From contig OZ245006.1 in NCBI GenBank assembly GCA_965223545.1, positions 4,960,001-5,024,000 on the forward strand: a stretch of DNA of 64,000 bases, in the 5' to 3' direction. Numbering within the stretch: position 1 is the stretch's first letter; every line of letters starts with the position of its first letter. The DNA comes from Planctomycetota bacterium (lineage in GTDB: Bacteria; Planctomycetota; UBA1135; UBA2386). A model generated the notes under the pieces. The model worked only from the letters and a program-made list of their open reading frames with translations, made no database searches and was not told where the DNA came from. Shown piece after piece: positions 40,843 to 48,653 of the stretch. The position numbers and the translations under genes are program-made.

Positions 40843-41627
40843 TTGGGCGCGAGCTGGATCAGCGAGAACGTCGCGCCCTGTGGATCGGCGACCACGCTGA
40901 ACTTGCCGACCGGGATCTCGGTCGGCGGAACGCGCACGACACCGCTGCTGTCGGCGACGGCCTTGGTCGCGGCATCGCAATCGGCGACCGCGAAGTACAC
41001 CAACCAGTGGCTCGGGATGCCCTCGAACTGCGGGCCGTCCATCGCCATCATCCCGCCCGCGTCCTGGTCGCCGCACTTGATCATCGTGTAGACCACGTCG
41101 CCCATCGGCATGTCGGCGAACTTCCAGCCGAACAGTTGGCCGTAGAACTCGCGGCTGGCCGCGACGTCGCGGCACATCAGCTCGTTCCACGACAGGCTGT
41201 TGGGCTCGCCGACGGCGACGCCGGGGCCGGCCTCGCCGGTCTGCTGCCACATGGCGACCGAGGCCCCTTCGGGGTCGAGGATGAAGCAGAGCTTGCCGTA
41301 GCCGGGGATCTCGGTGGTCGGCACGGTGATCGTCGCGCCGAGGTCGGCGGCGCGCTGTTGCGTGGCGGCGCAGTCCTCGACGCAGACGTAGCTGTTCCAC
41401 ATCGGTGGAATGCCCTGCGCCTTCATCTCGTCGTTCATCTGGCCGACCGCGCCGGCGGCGGCCTCACCGCGCAGGAAGAACGAGTACGGCGGGCCCCCGC
41501 CCGTGTCCTGCTGCATCGATGTCCAGCCGAACAGGTTGCCGTACCACGTGGTTGCGGCGTCGAGGTCGTGAGCGGAGAGGTCGACCCAGCAGAACTCGCC
41601 GGGCTTGAAGTCGTTGCGAATCGGCAT
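40836..41627 (-). CDS. VOC/glyoxalase family protein (two-domain, CFP32-like)
   Basis: PGEFCWVDL, YGNLFGW, DPEGA, WNEL, FYGQLFGW, WLVYFAVADCD, DPQGA; AAAGG RBS. Confidence 0.92.
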   Translation of the reverse strand: MPIRNDFKPGEFCWVDLSAHDLDAATTWYGNLFGWTSMQQDTGGGPPYSFFLRGEAAAGAVGQMNDEMKAQGIPPMWNSYVCVEDCAATQQRAADLGATITVPTTEIPGYGKLCFILDPEGASVAMWQQTGEAGPGVAVGEPNSLSWNELMCRDVAASREFYGQLFGWKFADMPMGDVVYTMIKCGDQDAGGMMAMDGPQFEGIPSHWLVYFAVADCDAATKAVADSSGVVRVPPTEIPVGKFSVVADPQGATFSLIQLAPKC

Positions 41628-41735
41628 GCGGCCTTTCTCGGTTCGGGTGCGGGAAGCCGGGCCATTCTGCCGTGCTCCGGCCGCGTGCCCAAGCCGTTCG
41701 CCAGCGCGCGCTCGCCTCGGGAAAAAAGGGGCGGA

Positions 41736-42287
41736 TCAGCCGTCGCGCGTGAACACGTCGCGGGTCTGGGTCTCCACGTGGCACTGCTGGCAGCGCACCC
41801 GCTCGGGGTGAGGGCACCGGATCTCCTCGCGAGCCGCGGGACCGGTGTGGCAGGCGGCGCAGTTCTCGCGCAGCAGAACCTGGTGCGGGATCACCGGCGG
41901 GGCCAGCGGGTTGAGGCGCTCGCCGGCGCGCAGGTCCTGCTCCAGGCCCGCGAACGCGCTCTTGACCAACACCGCGTCGGTATGGACGAAGACGTGGCAC
42001 TGCTCACAGCGGGCGAACGCGCTGGGGCCGTCGGGCTGGGCATGCGGCGACGGAGGCGCGAACCCGACGCCAGGCACCGCGGTGCCAGTGTCGGTGTGGC
42101 AGGAATCGCACGCCGCGCCCATCGCCGGGTGGGGGATCACCGGTGGCGCGCCGTCGAACGCGCGGCGCGTGGCGCGCACCGTCGCCTCGGTCTTGATCGC
42201 GGCGGTCGGCTGTCCAGGCGTGGACGCCTCTTCGGCGCAGCCACCGAGCAGGGCGATGATCAGGCTCGCTGCACTGAGACCGCGCAT
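41736..42287 (-). CDS. napB: Tetraheme NapB-like cytochrome c lipoprotein (duplicated NapB module)
   Basis: Lipobox LLGGC; two APPVIPH motifs; CDSCH, CEQCH, CAACH, CQQCH; start overlaps the napA 3' end. Confidence 0.8.
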   Translation of the reverse strand: MRGLSAASLIIALLGGCAEEASTPGQPTAAIKTEATVRATRRAFDGAPPVIPHPAMGAACDSCHTDTGTAVPGVGFAPPSPHAQPDGPSAFARCEQCHVFVHTDAVLVKSAFAGLEQDLRAGERLNPLAPPVIPHQVLLRENCAACHTGPAAREEIRCPHPERVRCQQCHVETQTRDVFTRDG

Positions 42288-44620
42288 TTCTTGTAGTCCG
42301 GTTCTTTGGAGATGCAGTCCATCGCGTCGAGCGTCAGCTCGTTGATCAGCGAGCTCTCGTCGAAGAACGGCACGAAGACGGTCCCGCGCGGCGGCTTGCC
42401 GCGCCCGTCGACCACCGCGGGCAACGTCATTTCGCCGCGGCGGCTGGTCAGCTTGACCTGGTCCCCGCCGTTGATGCCCAGCGCCGTCGCGTCGGCGCGG
42501 TTGAGCTCGACGTAGGTGCGCGGCACCGCCTGGTGCAGCTGGGTGACGCGGCGCGTCATCGAGCCCGTGTGCCAGTGCTCCAGCACTCGGCCGGTGCACA
42601 GCCAATACGGATACGCGTCGTCAGGCACCTCGGCGGGCGGGTGGTACGGCCGCAGCCAGATGGCGGCCTTCTCGCCGAACTTCTTCGCCTTGTAGAAGTG
42701 CACGCCCTCGCTCTTCTTGACGAACGGGTCGTGGCCGGCGGCGTAGCGATACCGGGTCTCACGGCCGTCGACCACCGGCCAGCGCAGGCCACGGGTCTTC
42801 TTCAGATCCGCGTAGCTGGCGAGGTCCTTGCCGAGGCCGAGGCCGAACGAGCGGTACTCCTCGAACATCGGCTCGTGCCAATCCGTCGAGCCGTCGGTCG
42901 GCCACGGGAACAGATGCCCCATGCCCATCCGCTTGGCGACCTCGATGATCTGCCACGCGTCTTCCTTGGCTTCGCCGGGAGGAGTCACCAGCTGGTTCCA
43001 CTGTTGCGTGCGGCGCTCGGAGTTGCCGAACACGCCCTCGCGCTCGACCCACGCGGCCGATGGCAGCACCAAGTCGGCGACGTCGGTCGTCGGCGTCGGA
43101 TAGATGTCGCTGACCACGACGAAGCGGCCGTCGCCCGGCTTGCGCTCGAAGCGGTGCAGGTTGGGCATCGTCACCCATGGATTGGTGACCTGGATCCACA
43201 TGGCGGTGACATCGCCACGGCTCAGTGCGCGGAACATGTCGACCGCGTGGTAGCCGGGCACCGGGTTGATCGTGCCGGGCTCCAGGCCCCAGATCTCTTC
43301 GGCCTTGGCCCGGTGGGCGTCGATCGTGACCAGCATGTCGGCCGGCAGGCGGTTGCTCAGCGTGCCGACCTCGCGGGCCGTCCCGCACGCGGAAGGTTGG
43401 CCGGTGAGACTGAACGGTCCCGAACCGGGGCGGCTGATCTTGCCGGTGATCAGGTGCAGGTCGTTGATCAGGTTGTTCATCCACGTGCCGCGCACGTGTT
43501 GGTTGACGCCCATGCACCAGAGGCTCACGGTGCCGCGGTTGCGGTCGCCGTAGACCTCGGCCAAGGCCTCGAGCTGGCCCTGCGACACGCCGGAGAGCTC
43601 GGCGACGCGCTCCGGTGTGTACTCGGCAACGAAGGCGCGAAGATCGTCGAGGGTCGCTGGCGTCCCCTTGTCCTTGAAGCCGTAGCGCTCGGCCTGCTCG
43701 CCGTAGCAGCCGTAGCCGATCTCCTCGACGTCCTCGATGCCGCGCATGAAGACGCAGTTGTCCTCGACGAAGCGCGTGTCGATGGCGTTGTTCTTCAGCA
43801 GGAGGTGCAGGATGCCGTTGGCGATGGCGAGGTCCGCGCCTGGCGCGAACTCGACGTAGAGATCGGCCCAGTCCGACGTCGGCGTCCGGCGGGTTGCCAG
43901 GTCGATGATGCGCACGCCGCCGTTGCGCCGCTTGTTCTCCAGGATCCGGCTGAACAGCACCGGGTGCATCTCGGCCATGTTGTTGCCCCAGAGCACGAAG
44001 TCGTCGCCGAGGTCGAGGTCGTCGTAGCACCCCATCGGCTCGTCGCTCTGGAACTGCGTCATGAAGCCCATCACCGCGCTCGCCATGCAAAGCCGCGCGT
44101 TGGGATCGATGTTGTTGCTGCGCATACCGCCCTTGACCCACTTCAGAGCGGCATAGCCGTCGAACACGGTCCACTGGCCGGAGCCGTAGACCGCGACCGA
44201 TTCGGGGCCGCGGCTGTCGAGGGCGCCCTGGAACTTCTCGGCGATCAGATCGAGGGCCTCGTCCCAGCCGATGCGCACGAGCTTGCCGTCGCGCCGCAGC
44301 TGCGGGTACAGCAGGCGGTCTTCGCCGTAGAGCATCGCGGGCAGGTGGTAGCCCTTGACGCACAACAGCCCCTTGTTCACCGGGCTCTGCGCGTCGCCGC
44401 GCACTGCTTTGACCTGGCCGTCGGCCACGCCGACCTCGACGCCGCAGCCGGTGCCGCAGTAGCGGCACGGCGCTTTGCCCCAAGTCAGATCGGCGTGCTT
44501 GCGCTGCGGGTCCTGGGCGGCCACCTGCCGGGCGCGTTCGCGGTCGCGCGGTGAGAACGCGACGACGCCCGGTGCCACGATGCCACTCTTGAAGAACGCG
44601 CGCCGGTCGATGGCGGCCAT
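42260..44620 (-). CDS. napA: Periplasmic nitrate reductase catalytic subunit (786 aa)
   Basis: Tat signal IDRRAFFK; [4Fe-4S] CRYCGTGC...C; GSGQW; NARLCMASA (Mo-ligand Cys); LTGQPSACGTAREVG; TGRVLEHWHTGSMT; SKEPDYKKCAV. Confidence 0.96.
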   Translation of the reverse strand: MAAIDRRAFFKSGIVAPGVVAFSPRDRERARQVAAQDPQRKHADLTWGKAPCRYCGTGCGVEVGVADGQVKAVRGDAQSPVNKGLLCVKGYHLPAMLYGEDRLLYPQLRRDGKLVRIGWDEALDLIAEKFQGALDSRGPESVAVYGSGQWTVFDGYAALKWVKGGMRSNNIDPNARLCMASAVMGFMTQFQSDEPMGCYDDLDLGDDFVLWGNNMAEMHPVLFSRILENKRRNGGVRIIDLATRRTPTSDWADLYVEFAPGADLAIANGILHLLLKNNAIDTRFVEDNCVFMRGIEDVEEIGYGCYGEQAERYGFKDKGTPATLDDLRAFVAEYTPERVAELSGVSQGQLEALAEVYGDRNRGTVSLWCMGVNQHVRGTWMNNLINDLHLITGKISRPGSGPFSLTGQPSACGTAREVGTLSNRLPADMLVTIDAHRAKAEEIWGLEPGTINPVPGYHAVDMFRALSRGDVTAMWIQVTNPWVTMPNLHRFERKPGDGRFVVVSDIYPTPTTDVADLVLPSAAWVEREGVFGNSERRTQQWNQLVTPPGEAKEDAWQIIEVAKRMGMGHLFPWPTDGSTDWHEPMFEEYRSFGLGLGKDLASYADLKKTRGLRWPVVDGRETRYRYAAGHDPFVKKSEGVHFYKAKKFGEKAAIWLRPYHPPAEVPDDAYPYWLCTGRVLEHWHTGSMTRRVTQLHQAVPRTYVELNRADATALGINGGDQVKLTSRRGEMTLPAVVDGRGKPPRGTVFVPFFDESSLINELTLDAMDCISKEPDYKKCAVSVQRA

Positions 44621-46203
44621 CACTTGCCCTCCTGCAGCCAGCGATGCTCCGGCCGCGCCAAAATGCCGTCGATCACCGCGCGCACCGCGTTCGCGGCGTC
44701 GGCGTTGCCTTCCTCCTCGGCGTGGTCGGCCAGCTCCCGAGCCTGTGGGATCAGCTCTTGGTAGAAGCGCTCGGCGACTTCGTACATGCCGTGCCAGTGC
44801 GCGTAGTCCGGCGCCATCATCGATGCGCCGTGCCGCGCGCGGCGACCCTCGTGGTGCCATAAGTAGAACCACGTCCACTCGATCTCTTCGTCGAAGCTGG
44901 TGGCAGTCAGCAGCTCCTGCTCGTGGAGGGCGGCGATGATCGCCTGCCCGGGCTTGGCGAACTTCTCGTTGTAGAGCACGACGAAGTCGTCGTACTGCTT
45001 GTAGAACGCGTCGACGTAGTCGCCGGTGTGGCAGTGGGTGCAGACTTGCCGCATCCGGTCGCGCTTGTCCTGCCAGGAGTCGGCGATCAGGCCACGGCGC
45101 TTCTCGGGGTCGGTCTCGCGCACGACCTTGTGGTTGATGTCGGTGTCCATCACCGCACTGATCGGCGGGCGATTGGTCCAGGAGATGCGCATGCCCGGGT
45201 CGTGCGTGATCTTGCCGCCGTTCTTGCTGTGGCCCGACAGGTGACACGTGGCGCAGGTCGGTGCCTGTGAGTAGTCCTGACCCAGCACCCACGAGTCGCC
45301 ATCCATGTTCATGTGCGCTTCGAGGTCGCGGTAGGCGGCGCCGTGCTTGGATTCCTCGTAGATCTCCTTCTGCGGGTGGTCGGGGCCGAGGTGGCACTTG
45401 CCGCAGTTCTCGGGCCGCCGCGCGCGGCGCGGCGAGAAGTCGTGCCGGCTGTGGCACGCCGAGCAGGAGCCGAGCGAGCCGTCGAGGTTGATGCGGCCGA
45501 TGCCCGTGTTGGGCCAGGTCTCCGGATGCAGCAACGGCTTGCCGTCGCTGCTCTTCTGCACCCGTGCCACCGCGTCGAGGTTGGTCGGCCGGCCGTCGGC
45601 GTCGGGTTGGAAGTCGTCGAGGGTCAGCTGCGAGCCGTCGGTCGCCTGCAGCGCCACCTTGCTGCCGTGACACTGCTTGCAGCCCAAGAACGCGCTGGCC
45701 ATGCCGTTGACCTGCTGCACGTCCGGCCGCCCGGGCGTCTCGCTGTGCGGGTCGAATGGCACGCGGGCGCCCTCCACCGTCTCGGCCAAGAAGTTGTCGA
45801 GCGAGGCGAGGATGTTGCCGCCCTTGGCGTGGTGGCTGCGGCCGAACTCCTCGGCCTCGGTCACGTGGCAGCGGGCACAGTCGCGAGGCGTGACGATGGT
45901 CGCGATGTGGTAGCCCTCGTGCGCGAAGCCGTCGACGTCGTTCTCGTCGGCCGCGTGGCAGTCATAACAACCGACCCCGCGCTCGGCGTGGGTGCTGCCC
46001 TCCCACTGCTCGACGATGCCGGGGTTGGACTCGCGGTGGCAGGCGACGCAGCGCTCGGACGAGGCCGGCACCGCGACCGGTGCCGCGCGGAGGCCGACTT
46101 CGGCCTCGCGCCGCGCGACCTCCATGCCCTGCACGAAGATCAGCGACACCAGAAAGAGGATGCCGAGCGTGCCGATGATGATCTGTTTGGTCTTCAGCGT
46201 CAT
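44620..46203 (-). CDS. Membrane-anchored octaheme cytochrome c, HAO family (reductive/epsilon-Hao-like)
   Basis: N-terminal TM; eight CxxCH motifs (CVACH, CYDCH, CARCH, CKQCH, CSACH, CGKCH, CATCH, CTHCH); CHLGPDHPQKEIYEESKHG; APDYAHWHG; TGATG coupling to napA. Confidence 0.9.
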   Translation of the reverse strand: MTLKTKQIIIGTLGILFLVSLIFVQGMEVARREAEVGLRAAPVAVPASSERCVACHRESNPGIVEQWEGSTHAERGVGCYDCHAADENDVDGFAHEGYHIATIVTPRDCARCHVTEAEEFGRSHHAKGGNILASLDNFLAETVEGARVPFDPHSETPGRPDVQQVNGMASAFLGCKQCHGSKVALQATDGSQLTLDDFQPDADGRPTNLDAVARVQKSSDGKPLLHPETWPNTGIGRINLDGSLGSCSACHSRHDFSPRRARRPENCGKCHLGPDHPQKEIYEESKHGAAYRDLEAHMNMDGDSWVLGQDYSQAPTCATCHLSGHSKNGGKITHDPGMRISWTNRPPISAVMDTDINHKVVRETDPEKRRGLIADSWQDKRDRMRQVCTHCHTGDYVDAFYKQYDDFVVLYNEKFAKPGQAIIAALHEQELLTATSFDEEIEWTWFYLWHHEGRRARHGASMMAPDYAHWHGMYEVAERFYQELIPQARELADHAEEEGNADAANAVRAVIDGILARPEHRWLQEGK

Positions 46204-46252
46204 GTCAGGTCTAGAGGGGCAGTCGCGGAACCGCGGGGTGGCGCCGCCCACC

Positions 46253-47302
46253 TCAGTGGGCCGCGACCCCTTCCCATACGGTCAGGCCGACGATCGCGAT
46301 CACGCCGGCGATGCCGATCCACACCGAGGCCTCCGAGCCCGGCCAGCGCCGGCGGATCCAGCCATCGATGAACGGCCACAGGAACATCACGAACACGATG
46401 AAGCCCATGCTCAGGATCGCCGCCGTGGCGGAGAACAGCTTGAGCCAGCGGAACGTGACGTAGAAGAACCACTCGGGCTTGATCACCTCGGGCGTGCTCA
46501 GCGGATCCGCCCGCTCGCCCATGGCGGCGGGGAAGATCGTCGCCAGCGCGCTGAGCAAGATCATCAGCACCAGGCCGATGATCAGCTCGGTGTAGAGGTG
46601 GTCGGGGAAGAAGTTGAAGAAGCGGCGTTCTTCGCGAGGCGCTTTGGGGTCGCGGAACTCGGAGATGCCCTGCAGCCGGATCAGCGTGATGTGCACGAAC
46701 AGCAGCAGCACGATGGTCGCCGGCAGCACGGCGGCGTGCAGCACGTAGAAGCGCGACAGCGTGTGGGCGTTGTAGCTGTCGCCCGCCAGCATCATCTGCT
46801 TCATCCAGCCGCCGATCAGCGGCACCGCTTCGGTGATATTGGCGCCGACCGTGGCGCCCCAGTAGCTCAGCTGCTCGTACACCAAGCTGTAGCCGGTGAA
46901 GCCGGTCATCAGCGTGCACAGCAGCAAGCACATGCCGATCATCCAGTTGAGCTCGCGCGGCTTGCGGTATGCCCCGGTGAAGTACACCCGCATCTGGTGC
47001 AGGATGACCGCGGCGATCATCAGCGTCGCCGCCCACTTGTGCAGGCTGCGCACGTACCAGCCGTAGGCGGCTTCGTGCGTGATGTAGTCGACCGATTGGT
47101 AGGCCGTGGCCGGCGCTGCCTCGTAGTAGAACGCCAGCAAGATCCCGGTCAGGATCTGGATGACGAACAGGTAGAGCGGCGTTCCACCGAGGCAGAACCA
47201 CCAGCGCTTGAGATGGTTGGGGACCGGCTCGTTGGTCAGCTCGCGCAGCTGGTCGCCACTGATCGGGACCCGCTCCCGAAACCATGCGGAGAGTCCGGTC
47301 AT
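46253..47302 (-). CDS. petB: Cytochrome b of a Rieske/cytb complex (fused b6 + subunit IV, 349 aa)
   Basis: WWFCLGG, RSLHKW, LHQMRV, YRKPRELNW, TGYSL, RFYVLH, VH, KPEWFF. Confidence 0.93.
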   Translation of the reverse strand: MTGLSAWFRERVPISGDQLRELTNEPVPNHLKRWWFCLGGTPLYLFVIQILTGILLAFYYEAAPATAYQSVDYITHEAAYGWYVRSLHKWAATLMIAAVILHQMRVYFTGAYRKPRELNWMIGMCLLLCTLMTGFTGYSLVYEQLSYWGATVGANITEAVPLIGGWMKQMMLAGDSYNAHTLSRFYVLHAAVLPATIVLLLFVHITLIRLQGISEFRDPKAPREERRFFNFFPDHLYTELIIGLVLMILLSALATIFPAAMGERADPLSTPEVIKPEWFFYVTFRWLKLFSATAAILSMGFIVFVMFLWPFIDGWIRRRWPGSEASVWIGIAGVIAIVGLTVWEGVAAH

Positions 47303-47304
47303 GA

Positions 47305-47895
47305 TCAGGCTTGGGCGTCGAAGCGGTGCCGCAGGCAGGGGTCGTGGCCGGGCCCCTCGTCCGGGCCTCCGGTGTCGTCGGCGCGGGCGAGGCGTTCGAC
47401 GGGGACCTGCACGTAGAGCAGGCCCTCGACGACGCGGAGCGGGTAGCTCGCCAGACGTTGGCCGGCGTCCGCCGGTGGACCTGCAGTCGCGACCCCGTCG
47501 GGCGAAAACACACCGTTGTGGCACGGGCAGAAGAAGCGGTTGTGCTGCGGTTGCCAGTGCACCTGGCAGCCGAGGTGCGGGCAAGTGCTCGACAGCGCGA
47601 CGAAGTCGTCCGCGCTGCCTCCGCTGCCGCGCCGCGCGACGTTGACGGTGGCTCCCTGCGGGGTCCGATAACGCATCGCTTGACCGACCTCGAGGTCGGC
47701 GACCCGGGCGACGTACTGCCAGGCCACCTGCCGCGAACGGGCGGGATAGAGGAAGCGGCCGGCGATCGCCGCGAACGTGCCGTAGCCGGCGATCAACCCT
47801 CCCGCCATCAGCGCCCCGGAGGCCAGGGTGCGGCGATCGGTACTGGGATCGGGCGAAGCCTGGGGATGGGGCTCTTCGGCAGGCGGTTCGTGCAT
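47305..47895 (-). CDS. petC: Rieske [2Fe-2S] subunit of a Rieske/cytb complex
   Basis: Tat-like TDRRTL plus TM; CPHLGC and CPCHNGVF; GPP. Start at 47895 (alternative 47943). Confidence 0.9.
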   Translation of the reverse strand: MHEPPAEEPHPQASPDPSTDRRTLASGALMAGGLIAGYGTFAAIAGRFLYPARSRQVAWQYVARVADLEVGQAMRYRTPQGATVNVARRGSGGSADDFVALSSTCPHLGCQVHWQPQHNRFFCPCHNGVFSPDGVATAGPPADAGQRLASYPLRVVEGLLYVQVPVERLARADDTGGPDEGPGHDPCLRHRFDAQA

Positions 47896-47979
47896 GGGGG
47901 CTCTCGATCCTAACCCCCTGGTGCCGCCGCTTCTTTCACTCATTCGGCGCCGCGAGCCGGTGGCCGGCGTGGCTGCCGC

Positions 47980-48639
47980 TCACCTTCCGCGCGGCGGGCG
48001 GGTGTCTTCGGCCGCTGGCACACGAAAGCCGCGGATCAGGTCCTGCTCAACCGGCGAGTGCTCGGCGACGAGCTCGATCGCGCGTTGATACAGCATGCGG
48101 TGATCGTCGTGGCGGCGCGCGTTCTGCAGCGCGCGGCCGACCTGGTCCGCGCTCGGTGGAGTGACGCCCGCCGAACGGGCGACCCCGATCTCCCGCTCGA
48201 TGACGCGCCAGTCGACGCGCTCCGGCATCATCGGCGTGCCGAAGAAGATCTCCGCCTCGGTGAGCTGGAAATCGCCGGGCACGATCGCCACCACGCGGCC
48301 CGAGTCGGAGCCGTTGTTGACGCGCTCGGCCGTTTGCCCGCCCACGTAGAGCACGGGCTCCTCGGTTTGGCGGGCGAACACCAGCGTCGGATCGACGCTG
48401 AGCACGACCAACCAACCCGAGTCGTAGAGCGGGCGCTCGGCGCGCCAGAAGTGCGCCTGGGGCTTGCCCAGATCGAAGCGCTCGGCGTGCAGCAGGCCGA
48501 CGCCGATGCGGTGCGGTTGATCGGGGATCGGCGGCGGATGGTCGCGATCGGGTCCGCCGCGGTCGACGACGGCGCCGGTTGGGGTGACGGCGAGCGCGGC
48601 CGCGACCGCGATCAACCCAAAGAAAAGGGTCTTCTTCAT
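47980..48639 (-). CDS. Secreted hypothetical protein
   Basis: Signal peptide MKKTLFFGLIAVAAALA; GGAG upstream; 14 nt downstream of the hydrolase gene. Confidence 0.75.
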   Translation of the reverse strand: MKKTLFFGLIAVAAALAVTPTGAVVDRGGPDRDHPPPIPDQPHRIGVGLLHAERFDLGKPQAHFWRAERPLYDSGWLVVLSVDPTLVFARQTEEPVLYVGGQTAERVNNGSDSGRVVAIVPGDFQLTEAEIFFGTPMMPERVDWRVIEREIGVARSAGVTPPSADQVGRALQNARRHDDHRMLYQRAIELVAEHSPVEQDLIRGFRVPAAEDTRPPRGR

Positions 48640-48653
48640 CGTTCCACTCCGTG

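Noticed and set aside
44621..45673. Apparent 350-aa N-terminal extension of NapA in the ORF track (1137 aa)
   Set aside because: It overlaps the octaheme gene in another frame. The Tat signal and the TGATG coupling place the start at 44620.
44620..46203. Evidence for ammonia oxidation/anammox (true HAO/HDH) or NrfA
   Set aside because: No apparent cross-link Tyr, no CxxCK, no amo/cycAB/hzs genes; the context is nitrate reduction.
47896..47979. FNR/Crp box upstream of the nap operon
   Set aside because: No TTGAT-N4-ATCAA or TGTGA-N6-TCACA match visible.
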